Shown piece by piece: positions 24,895-35,916 of a stretch of DNA of 64,000 bases (positions are counted from its first letter, which is position 1; each line of letters opens with the position of its first letter). The notes below the pieces were generated by a model, which saw only the letters and a list, made by a program, of their open reading frames with translations, made no database searches and was not told where the DNA came from. Position numbers and translations under genes: made by a program. Location: the NCBI GenBank assembly GCA_950097015.1, contig CATNEN010000039.1, positions 5,766,001-5,830,000 of the forward strand, given 5' to 3'. This DNA comes from Macrostomum hystrix (lineage: Eukaryota > Animalia > Platyhelminthes).

Positions 24895-26570
24895 TGGTGG
24901 AATCCGAGCAGCAGGAGTTGTAGCTGGAATCGTAGCAGTAGTTGAAGCTTGAATCGTAGAAGGAATTGCAGCTGGAATCGCAGCAGGGGTTGTAGCTGGA
25001 ATCGTAGCAAGAGTTGCAGCTGGAATCACAGCAGGAGTTGCAGCTGGAATCGCAGCAGGGTTTGTAGCTTGAATCGCAGCAGTTGTTTTAGCTTAAATCG
25101 CAGCAGGGGTTGCAGCTGGAATCGCAGCAGGAGTTGCAGCTGGAATCGCAGCAGGAGTTGTAGCTTGAATCGCAGCAGGGGTTGTAGCTGGAATCGCAGA
25201 AAGGGTTGCAGCTGGAATCGCAGCAGGAGTTGCAGCTGGAATCGCAGCAGGAGTTGCAGCCGGAATCGTAGCAGGAGTTGCAGCTAGAACCGCAGCAGGA
25301 GTTGCAGCTAGAAGCGCAGCAGAGGTTGTAGCTAGAATCGCAGCAGGGGTTGTAGCTAGAAGCGCAGCAGAGGTTGTAGCTAGAATCGCAGCAGGGGTTG
25401 CAGCTAGAATTGCAGCAGGGTTGTAGCAAGAATCGCAGCAGGGGTTGTAGCTAGAATCGCAGCAGGGGTTGTAGCTAGAATCGCAGCAGGAGTTGCAGCT
25501 AGAATCGCAGCAGGAGTGGTTGCAGATAGAACCGCAGCAGGAGTTGCAGCTGGCATCGAAGACGGGGTTCGCACATGGGCTGAATCGGACGTTTTCAAAA
25601 TTGAATTTAGCTTTGACGTGCCTTGCCGTTAACTGTCGAATTTAAATCGGAGTTTGTCACTATTGAAAATCGTGGTTCAAAATTGAGGGTAAAATGGTGT
25701 AGAATCGCAGCAGGATTTGCAGCTAGAATCGCAGCAGGGGTTGTAGCTAGAATCGCAGCAGGAGTTGCAGCTAGAACCGCAGCAGTGGTTGTAGCTAGAA
25801 CCGCAGCAGTGGTTGCAGCTAGAACCGCAGCAGTGGTTGTAGCTAGAACCGCAGCAGGGGTTGTAGCTAGAACCGCAGCAGGGGTTGTAGCTAGAATCGC
25901 AGCAGGGGTTGTAGCTAGAATCGCAGCAGGGGTTGTAGCTAGAACCGCAGCAGGGGTTGTAGCTAGAATCGCAGCAGGAGTTGCAGCTAGAATCGCAGCA
26001 GGAGTGGTTGCAGATAGAACCGCAGCAGGAGTTGCAGCTGGCATCGAAGACGGGGTTCGCACATGGGCTGAATCGGACGTTTTCAAAATTGAATTTAGCT
26101 TTGACGTGCCTTGCCGTTAACTGTCGAATTTAAATCGGAGTTTGTCACTATTGAAAATCGTGGTTCAAAATTGAGGGTAAAATGGTGTAGAATCGCAGCA
26201 GGATTTGCAGCTAGAATCGCAGCAGGGGTTGTAGCTAGAATCGCAGCAGGAGTTGCAGCTAGAACCGCAGCAGTGGTTGTAGCTAGAATCGCAGCAGGGG
26301 TTGTAGCTAGAACCGCAGCAGGGGTTGTAGCTAGAATCGCAGCAGGGGTTGTAGCTAGAATCGCAGCAGGAGTTGCAGCTGGCATCGCAGCAGGGGTTGC
26401 AGCTAGAACCGCAGCAGGAGTTGCAGCTGGCATCGCAGCAGGGGTTGTAGCTAGAATCGCGGCAGGAGTTGCAGCTGGCATCGCAGCAGGGATTGTAGCT
26501 AGAATTGCAGCAGCAGTTGCATCTAGAACCGCAGCAGGGGTTGCAGCTAGAACCGCGGCAGGAGTTGGAG
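24895..26570. repeat. 24-bp minisatellite (GYAGCTAGAATCGCAGCAGGRGTT) with a 488-bp higher-order duplication that includes a unique spacer
   Basis: The spacer GGCATCGAAGACGGGG...AAAATGGTGT occurs at about 25552-25700 and again at about 26040-26188. Confidence 0.92.
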
Positions 26571-26934
26571 CAAACAAGCGAGTGAGTGGGGATAAATGCA
26601 AAATCAATATGCAATAAAGGGGATAAAGCCAAGCTAGTCTAGAACTGGGGGTGGTTAAAGATATGCCTCATGGAATCAATCATGTCGCTCCCTGATCGTG
26701 AAATTCTGGGCAAACACACGTCTGTCATGAGTCAGTTTTCAGCTAGTCTGACAAGGAGCTTTGTTGTTGGAAAATGTTGACTTACCAAACGTGACCACAG
26801 TTTGTCTTTATAAAAGGACTGAGTCTAACGGTAAGTCGAATCATGGGGCAAACTTAAAAAATTAAAAGTAAAGTTAACTCACTATTGACGACAGTTTCAG
26901 TTCGTCCAAGTCTTATTCAATGCTGTAGGCAACC

Positions 26935-28446
26935 ATGTACCTTCTACTAATGTCAGATTCGTCGAAGGTCAAGCAGTTTCTGGCGCTGACGCTGGTTCTG
27001 ACGTCAGCGGCACTTGGCTTATTCGTGTCTGGCCAGCCGACCGTCAAGTTCGTCAGCTACATCGGCTGCTACGTCGACGGAAACGACACCTCCAGGGATC
27101 TTCGCGGCCTCAGAGGGATCCGCCAGCTCGGCATGTTCGATAGGATCAGCCCGGAAGGTGGCTACATCTTCCGCGCTGACATGTCAGTCGGCGTGTGCAC
27201 GGGCCTGTGCTCTCTTGGCCGTTTCCGCTTCTTCGGTCTGCAGGCGACTGGCTTCTGTAGCTGCGGCCGGACCTACGGGCTGCACGGAGCGGCTGCCGAG
27301 ACCGACTGCAGCCAGAACTGTTTGGGCAACGCCTCGCAGAAGTGCGGCGGCTGGCTGCGGAACTCTGTCTACGAGATTTCCTATGAAGATGGCGAGTTGC
27401 GGCAGATTTTTGGCCTGGGAACTGATTCCAGGAACTTTGGTCAAAACTGGTTTTCAGTCAAACTGACGCCTAGCGTTGGGTTTTGGGACTAAACTATTTT
27501 TTAGGAATTCCAAGCAAAAGTCGGCCAAAACGCATGCATCAATGCTCTTTAACAGTAGAAAGCTATTGTTCCACTGGGGGAAGACCAAGGGGCTATTTCA
27601 AATACCCACTGCCTACTCCACGATGGCTCCCAAACCGAATGAGGGATTTTTATGAAAGGATCGAAATTTTCCGCCCTTTACGATCTTAGACTTCCTAGGC
27701 CGTCGGACGTCAGCATCTTCGAGATGTCTATTGATTCTGGTGACCAAGGCCTAAGACCCTGGTGACAACGATAAGTAAGATTACTCAGTACAAACATCCA
27801 TGGCGAATCCATTTTGGTTCAAAAATGACAAAACCAAGAAAGACGAAAGTTGTTTCGTCCGATTGAGCGGAAAATTTCCTGGCGATTGGTTAAATATTTT
27901 GGAAGATACAGAAAAAGAGGAAAAATGGGGTTGCCGTGGTCTTTCTACTGTTAAGCTTAATACGCTTAATAATAAGCTTAATAAGATATATACATACGAG
28001 TACTTTTTGTCTAATTTCTTAAGCGGGTTAGATAGAATTGTACATCTAACCCAGAAGTTAGCTGTCGCTCAACGCACAGTAGGACTTTAGATCTAATCGC
28101 TAGAGAAAAAATTCTCCTAGCTCTTCTTGCTGTCTCCTGACGAAAGTCAAAAGTTTCGTTAATAAAGTTTAATTTTGTATGTTCAACTCCTGCAGCCACC
28201 GGCATCTACAAGGCGACATGGTCCTCTGGACGGCCTCTGGTTCTAGGCGCTGGATTTAGCGTCAACACACACTGCAACCTGCCGGCCAATGTGGACTTTG
28301 AGTGCTTCGCCGTCTGCCACAACAACCCGGGCTGTGTCGCCTGCACATTCGAGCAGGTCAGCCGGATGTGCAGACTCATGCTGTTCGCCGCTGTGCCGAG
28401 CGAGGTCGCCGTCAGCGTGTCTCCTTGGCTCTGGTTGAAGCTCTGA
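26935..28446 (+). CDS. Secreted WSC + PAN/apple-like protein, copy E (about 235 aa), probable GC-AG intron
   Basis: Exon 1 is 26935-27391 (donor G|GCGAGT). Exon 2 is 28196-28446, absent from the ORF track, and reads ATGIYKATWSSGRPLVLGAGFSVNTHCNLPANVDFECFAVCHNNPGCVACTFEQVSRMCRLMLFAAVPSEVAVSVSPWLWLKL*. Confidence 0.8.
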
Positions 28447-28544
28447 CGGACTGATTAGTCCACTGCTAGGAATGGTGATTTGCTAGCCGATCTAACTAAC
28501 CAGACATTAAAGACAGTTCATTATTTTATAACTGTGAAAGACAC

Positions 28545-28990
28545 GAGACGAGTAGCAGATAGATTAAAGCTTTTGCCTCTCACTCCAAGGTCCCTGAGCT
28601 CGATTCCGCGGCGAGGCCACATTAATTTTGGGCGCTGCCGCAGTAAGAGTGCTACCCTGACTTAGGGTCTTGTCCTAGATTTTAAACCCTTGGAGGGCCA
28701 ACCCTTAATACACAGTTAGAGTTGTACACTGCCTGTAGATGAGAAAGTCAGGGCAGATGTATGAGTGTGTACTCAGGAAGACAATGCTGCAGGACGGACC
28801 GGCAGACCACCCTGACTGGCCCCGCGCCATCGCCTGTCTGCGGGCCTACAGGGGTTAGCGGTATGGGCGACCCTCGCCTTCCCTCTGTGTACATGGACCA
28901 CCCTGCAGCTAAGTGAAGTCAGTGTACTCAGGAGTCGGTGTCTACTGTCACTGAATGATGTACCAGCTGTCGAACGAGACCTTGAAACAT
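28545..28990 (+). mobile_element. tRNA-derived SINE family 2, long copy
   Basis: Degenerate A/B-box head plus body blocks TTTGCCTCTCAC, GGCGAGGCCACATT, GAGGGCCAACC, TACACTGCCTG..GATGAGAAAGTCAGGGCAGATGTA and CTGAATGATGT shared with the 47168 and 52270 copies. Confidence 0.7.
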
Positions 28991-29375
28991 AACTTTTTGT
29001 CTGTAAGCTTCTAGATCTCTGCATCTCTTATTAGTTTCAATTCATCAAAGGCTACAGATTGGAATAGTAAATTTTCATTATTGCTTCATGGCAGGCAAAT
29101 AAACAACAGCTTGCAACTGAGCAACATATCTGGGACATGCTTGAGACAATAACCGCTTTTCTTTTAGCAGCAATCCTGCGCGCCCTCATGTGAGAGTTGG
29201 TCAATAACATAAGCCAGTTGCTAGGCAGTGTCACAAGCCCAGCCTACAGAAAATGGGCATTGTCGCCTATTCGCTCGTCGGATTCAAAGCGGGTCGCTTT
29301 CAAATCGCTTTCGCCGCTACCTGACAAAGCAATCAAACTGGGCAGCCTAGGGAGAGAGAGAAATCCTCAGCAGCA

Positions 29376-31174
29376 ATGCTTCAAATGTTACATCCCCTAA
29401 TATTCTTGCTATCAGCTGTTCTGTGCGGCACAGTGGTGTCCGGCCAGCCCACAATTAGTTCCACCAGCTACATCGGCTGCTTCGTCGACGGTCCGGACGG
29501 CAGCAGAGACATGGTGGGCATGAGCGCCTTCTCAGTATTCGGCTCAGTCAACGTCGGTTTCGGGCTGGTCTACAAGCCGGACATGACAATCCAGACCTGT
29601 AGCCGCCTGTGCGCTCTGGGCCGCTTTCGCTACTTCGCATTGCAGGCCACTGCGTTCTGCGCCTGCGACTCCACCTACGGAAGTTACGGTGCGGCATTGT
29701 TGACTGAATGCAACCAAAACTGCGCTGGAAATACGTCGCAGGTCTGCGGAGGCGCGTATAGGAATTCCATCCACGAAAATGTTTATGCTCTAGGTAGGAC
29801 ACTTGATTTGTTACTTGAATTTGTTATCTGTGATTCGATAAAACTCGAAAGCAGCTCATTTTACTAGTATAATATTTTTTTACGGTTTGCTCCCGTTTCT
29901 TTCCCTTCCGGTTTTTAGTCAAGAACAAGACCATAACAACCATTTGAGACTATACCGGACCACATCAGACCATTCTAGATCACATCAGACCATTCTAGAC
30001 CACATCAGACCATTCTAGACCACATCAGATCATTCTAGATCACATCAGACCATTCTAGACCACATCAGATCATTCTAGACCACATCAGACCATTCTAGAC
30101 CACATCAGACCATTCTAGATCACATCAGATCATTCTAGACCACATCAGATCATTCTAGACCACATCAGATCATTCTAGACCACATCAGATCATTCTAGAC
30201 CACATCAGACCATTCTAGACCACATCAGATCATTCTAGACCACATCAGATCATTCTAGACCACATCAGATCATTCTAGACCACATCAGATCATTCTAGAC
30301 CACATCAGACCATTCTAGACCACATCAGATCATTCTAGACCACATCAGATCATTCTAGACCACATCATACCATTCTAGACCACATCAGACCATTCTAGAT
30401 CACATCATATCATTCTAGACCACATCAGACCATTCTAGATCACATCAGATCATTCTAGACCACATCAGATCATTCTAGACCACATCAGACCATTCTAGAC
30501 CACATCAGATCATTCTAGACCACATCATACCATTCTAGACCACATCAGACCATTCTAGATCACATCATATCATTCTAGACCACATCAGACCATTCTAGAT
30601 CACATCAGATCATTCTAGACCACATCAGATCATTCTAGACCACATCAGATCATTCTAGACCACATCAGATCATTCTAGACCACATCAGATCATTCTAGAC
30701 CACATCAGACCATTCTAGATCACATCAGATCATTCTAGACCACATCAGACCATTCTAGATCACATCAGATCATTCTAGACCACATCAGACCATTCTAGAT
30801 CACATCAGATCATTCTAGACCACATCAGACCATTCTAGATCACATCAGATCATTCTAGACCACACCGTAATATAACCGGACCATTTTCTAATGCATGCCT
30901 GTTTACTTTCAAACCCCCTTCCGAAGGCTCAAAGTTCACCAAGATGTCGTCTTCTGCCTACAGGCTGGTCGTGGACTCCGGCCAGACAGCCGTAACCTAC
31001 TGGAGCCAGCAGCCAACATCCAGCAGGATGAAGTGCGTGGCCGCCTGCCAGCGCAGCCCGTCATGTTTCGCCTGCGCCTTCGTGCAGTCAAGCCTGGCCT
31101 GCCGGCTGCTGACGTACGCCTCGGTACCAGCCGCTATAGCGAACGAGACAGCATGGATCTGGATGAGGAACTAG
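29376..31174 (+). CDS. Secreted WSC + PAN/apple-like protein, copy F (about 221 aa)
   Basis: Exons 29376-29793 and 30927-31174 (phase 1). YIGCFVD...MTIQTCSRLC...QVCGGAYRNSI; MKCVAACQRSPSCFACAF...WIWMRN. Confidence 0.85.
29955..30865. repeat. 20-bp minisatellite (CACATCAGAYCATTCTAGAY), about 45 copies, in the copy F intron
   Basis: Exact 20-bp periodicity built from two related 10-mers. Confidence 0.95.
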
Positions 31175-32180
31175 CAAGGCCACTAAGTTCGATTGAAAAA
31201 ATCCTCAGAAAAAAATTGATCAGTTTGACAAAGCTTTTCAAAGAATGAAAAAATGGCGCCATGGATGCAAGTTTTAGGGCCACCTGTGGAACAATGTTGA
31301 GAAAAACAGAAACTTTTGGAAGCAATTTTCCCCATTGAAAACCACCTCTATTCATTCTCAAATTCTATCGTGTTCAGTCGTTTGACGACAGGAATCGAGC
31401 CAGCCATTCAAAATTAGCTAGCAATGACGGCGACAGTTCCATACTGAGAAACAATGTCGAAAATATAACTTTGCGTTTTTGTGAGGCTTTTGTGCCTTTT
31501 TTAAGGCAAGCTATTGTGAAGAGACTTCTACTAGCGGTATACGCGCGAGTGAACTGAATGAGAATTTTTAGACACGCGAAACCTATGGCTCTTGGCAGAT
31601 ACGGTTGCAAAGAAATATTTTAGCTTTCGTGCAGTGGTACGTTTAGATCATGATTTCTTTAGGGAGTCTATTCGCTTATTACGACAGATTTTTAAGCCGG
31701 TGAAGCATTAACGTCACTTTACAATAGGAATAGAAATATTTGGAATCATGACTTAACTTTGTTTTCATCGAAAACTGTAGCTCGGCTGTCGGCTGTTATT
31801 GGATGTCACTTCACATTTCCTGCAACACAGTGCCAGTCACTGACTGTTGACAACAAGAAGATCTGGACTTAAGTTGGTTCAATGCCGCTTTGAATAGCTA
31901 TCGACTTGCAGAGCCCTTTAGTCACAAAATTGAGAACAAAGGCGCGTTTAAGCCAAGAATTTTTAACCAGAACACACGTGTCTAAACCAGATCCTTTGGT
32001 TATTTTCAAGAAGGAACTCAACCTAAGGCACTTAAACACTGAAAATTCAGTTGAAGCCTTCGAAAATCGATCCGAAAGCATTTGATATTTTTAAGTTAAA
32101 AAGCAGACTTTCTGCATAGATCGGCCTTGCTTGCAACAAAATACAGCCCGGGCTTCAGTTCCGACAAGGATTAAGCGACT

Positions 32181-34461
32181 ATGTCTGGGCTCGTAGCACT
32201 AGGCTTCTATTTGGCAGTCTGTTGCGTTGCAGGTAAGATAATCGCATAATGACTTTCAATGAAATAAAATCAGAGCTAATGAAGGATTTGGAAAGTTTGT
32301 GTTCATGCCAACAGCAACCCAGCCGGGGCCACTGTCTCTAGCTAGACGTGAGTACCACCTTGTTAACGTGCCCATATACGTCAACGTTTCAACGGCCAAA
32401 CGCATCGTCAGTTTATCCAATGTGCGCTCTGAGATCGACTGTGTAACAATGTGCCAAGCGGTTGGCTGCGCTCTGGCCGTTTCTCGACAGGCCCTCGGAA
32501 TCTGTAGCATGGTGGCCAGCGACGGAGATTCTGCAGGCAAGAGTACCGAGGTCACACGGATTCAGCTGGGCTCCGAGCCAGATGCGAGAGTGTGGAAAGC
32601 AGTGCCGGAACTGGGAAGCCAAGAGGAACTGCCAGCGAAGATTAATGTCACATTTGTGTTTAATTGTGAGTCATGAAGCTGTAAGCATCAAAGAATTTCA
32701 CTCAACATTTCAGAACATGAAAATATCAACAAATGATGTACTTCAACAACGCCATAAGTGCTTGCCTCGTAGCTTAGGCAGTCGATAGAGCTCAGAGCAG
32801 GGCAGGCTTGTGCAGTGGTTGAGTAGCAATTGTTACCAGAGGTACAGTAACACAACCATTACGAACGTTGCCATTAACCTTACTTGATCATCCAGCAGCA
32901 GGCCACAGGTTTTAATAGGCACCAGGTGCCCCAGACAGTCGGGGCATGGTGTCATGGACTCTGCATTGTCGTCGCGACCAGGCTTATTATTCCTTTACCT
33001 TACAGTCTTCCTTTTTGTGGATGACGTCCTACAAGATGTAACAGCGATCCAATAGAATTGTTCGTGAAATTATTATAATTCAAATTCATGCCAAAACTGC
33101 ACTTTAAACTGCACTGCACAAAAACTATACAGTTGTGGCACGAATTCGAACTAAAACAATTTCAGGAACGATTATATAGGATCGTCGATGAAGCCTGAAG
33201 CGAGCGACGGTATCACATTGTCCCTTTGAGAGTGTCACGCAGAAGGACTGTTCGGTGTGTGTTTAAGTTTAAGTTTTTTGGTAGTTGGTTTAGTCCATCA
33301 GGCAGGGCTTCGGACTGAAGCGCAGCGCCCACCAGCTGGCCAAAAAATTACCCCAATCAGCATGTTTAACAATGTCAGATAGAAAAGCCGATCATATCAA
33401 ACCAGGAACTAGCTTTTATTTATCAATTTACGAAGGTCTACCAATCTGGGATCCATGCTGCTCAGAAAAACTTTATCTTCTGATCGCGAAATCTGATCAG
33501 ATAAAAGAAAAAATTAATTCCATCTGTATACACTCAAGAGCTGGGATGTCATTAGGCGTGCAACTTTAACATTTAGACACCGGCCAAGGAAGAACCGGCC
33601 GGGCACAGCAGGCAAACATCAGCCAGCCTGGTTGCTACCGGGTTGAAGCGGTTGGTGCCAGCGGTGGCAGCTCTAACGCAAGGCAGGGAGGCAGTGGCGC
33701 TGTGGCTAGCGGTAGCTTCACGGTGGCAGTAGCCGGGACGCTGCTGCTAGTTGTGGTCGGTCAAGCTGGGGGCCCTGGAGTCGGCACTAGTGCAGGCGGA
33801 GGCGGTGGCGGCGGTAGCTTTGTCTACACTGACACGAACGAGAGCGGACAGAGGCAGCTCTTCATTGCGGCAGGAGGCGGCGGAGGTGCCTCAAGCAGTA
33901 ATAACGGTGAGGAGTTATAGCATAAACCCTCAATCATAATTTTTCTCTTGGCCAATTTATTCAGCACTTCTCAAAGCAGGTCAGTCTGGCCGGAGCGGCA
34001 GTGGCGGTGGCGACTCTGTCGGCTCCAGCGCGCCCTTCGTTGGCACAGGCGGCGTCGACGGCCAGCCGGGCTACAATGATCCGGCCGCGGCCAACCCGGC
34101 TAAGAATCACGGCGGCTGTGGCGCCGGCTGGCTTGGCAGTGCGGTCAGCGCAAGACGCCGCGACAGTGACGGCGAGCGAGGCGGCAGCTGGGCCGATAAC
34201 TGGCTGGGCGGGCTAGGTGGCAGCAGCGACGGCGGAGACGGCGGATTCGGCGGCGGTGGCGGCGGCGGCGGCAGCATGGGAGCCGGCGGTGGTGGAGGTG
34301 GCTACAGCGGAGGCGGCGCCGGCCTGAAGGACGATCACGCTGGAGGCGGTGGCGGCTCTTATTGCAGCCCCGCCGCAGCTGGCTGCCTCACTGGCATCAG
34401 TGTCAGCATTGGAAATGGCTACGTTACAATGCGTCTGGTGACGCCATTCGGCAGTTGTTAA
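32181..34461 (+). CDS. Secreted PAN/apple-like + ALK/LTK-type glycine-rich domain protein, 4 exons, about 409 aa
   Basis: Exons 32181-32232 (signal MSGLVALGFYLAVCCVA), 32315-32665 (EIDCVTMCQAVGC...GICSM), 33577-33906 (GCYRVEAVGASGG...LLVVVGQAG...GGGGGGGSFVY...LFIAAGGGGG) and 33965-34461 (GGCGAGW...GGFGGGGGG...GGGGGYSGGG...AGGGGGSY...NGYVTM). All introns are phase 1. Acceptors at 33977 and 33980 are also in frame. Confidence 0.83.
33046..33184. mobile_element. Small degenerate inverted-repeat element (MITE-like) in an intron
   Basis: CGATCCAATAGAATTGTTCGTGAAATT mirrors AATTTCAGGAACGATTATATAGGATCG. Confidence 0.5.
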
Positions 34462-34640
34462 GAGCTGTGATAAAGCTTTCAGCACGGGTATCATATATTT
34501 AACGAAAAATTACTGCAACAAAGCTTTATATTCGTAGTTTTCTGACCGTTTTATAATGCTTCAAAATACAAGCATTGATTTTGCTTAACTATTTAACAAA
34601 TGAAAAAAACGGTGTCATTCAGTTTTCCTAATATAGAAAA

Positions 34641-34890
34641 GGGGTTTTAGCCTAAGTGGTTAGAGCGCCGGACTCGCGGCTTAAAATTTGTGGGTTCGAT
34701 TTCCGACTCCACTAGAACAATTTGCGTCCTTAAACACTTAACTCTGTGTTTTTCTGTTCACCCAGCTGTTTTATGGGTACCTGCATAAGCTGGACCCAGT
34801 CCATGGACTGAAAACCACACTCAGATTTCAGGTGCGCCGCGCAAAAGCTGCGGCTGTGCTGTCGGCTGCACATCTGGCCCACTGTTATGA
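34641..34890 (+). mobile_element. tRNA-derived SINE family 1 (CORE-like central domain)
   Basis: A box TAGCCTAAGTGG and B box GGTTCGATTTCC, followed by CACTTAACTCT...TTCACCCAGCTGT..ATGGGTACC. The body is shared with the 41288, 51255 and 54090 copies. Confidence 0.78.
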
Positions 34891-35157
34891 CAAGGGACTG
34901 CGATGGCATGTGAAAGTTGCTTCCAAAGTTGCGTATTTTTGTATTGAATGTTAAAAATATTTTTTTTGCAGAAAAAATGTCTACAATACTTTTTTATTAT
35001 TGTACAAAAAACTAAAAAAAAGATAGCTTTCCGGAAAAAATTGTCAGCTAAACTTTTCTAAACTTTGAAACGTGCCTCAAGAATTAGTGAATAGTGTTTG
35101 TCGTAAGAAAGCATCTAACTCGATTTCTCGATAACGTCGTCAATATCCGCTGTTCCA

Positions 35158-35916
35158 TCACAGCTTCAACCAGACGTTCAGTGTCTCGATGGCAATCTCG
35201 GCAGGCACAGCGGCAAACCTCACTAGGCGACACATCTGGCGCGACTGTACAAACGAGAATGCGAGACAGTTAGCGCTGAGCTGGCAAGCGGCAGCGCACT
35301 CGAAGGCTTGAGAAGCCGGCTGGCTCCAGTGCGTATTGTTAATTAGTACTCCCGGAGCAGGCTCAAGGACAGATGCGGAAACGGACATCAACTTGTAGAG
35401 TCCAGTGCCTGAGGACATTGTTAGAAAGACACCGCGCTAGTAACAGTTCTCAAAAATAAATTATATGTAACTGCCATTTACTGTATGCTTACCTGGCTTG
35501 TAGAAAGTTTCATAGACTGAATTTTGGTTAGGACCGCCACAGATCTGCGAGGAATTTCCTACACAAGCTTGAATACAACCTGTTGGATTCGGCCCATAGC
35601 GTCCATATGTCTGACCACAGAAGCAGAATGCTGTAGCTTGCACGCTGAAAAAGCGAAATCTACCCATGGCACAAATTTTGCTGCACATTTCGATTGTCAT
35701 ATCAGTTGTGTAAACGCATCCATCCTGCATTCCTGTGTAGGGACCGATGCGAGAGTAGCCAACAATGCCTGTTATGTCTCTATTGCCATCTGAGCCATCA
35801 ACATAGCAACCAATATAGTTGAAGCTACTAACACTCGGCTGCCCCACCGCTACGGAGAACACAAGCGATGCCAGCAGTGTAATCAACTCGACACAGCTCA
35901 CCATTGTTAAGACCAT
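35158..35916 (-). CDS. Secreted WSC + PAN/apple-like protein, copy G (about 224 aa), inverted relative to A-F
   Basis: Exons 35916-35493 and 35408-35158 (phase 1). YIGCYVD...MTIEMCSKIC...QICGGPNQNSVY; ECAAACQLSANCLAFSF...CRL. Confidence 0.87.

Noticed and set aside
34641-34712. tRNA gene
   Set aside because: A and B boxes are present but the stems pair poorly, and the sequence continues into a repeated SINE body.
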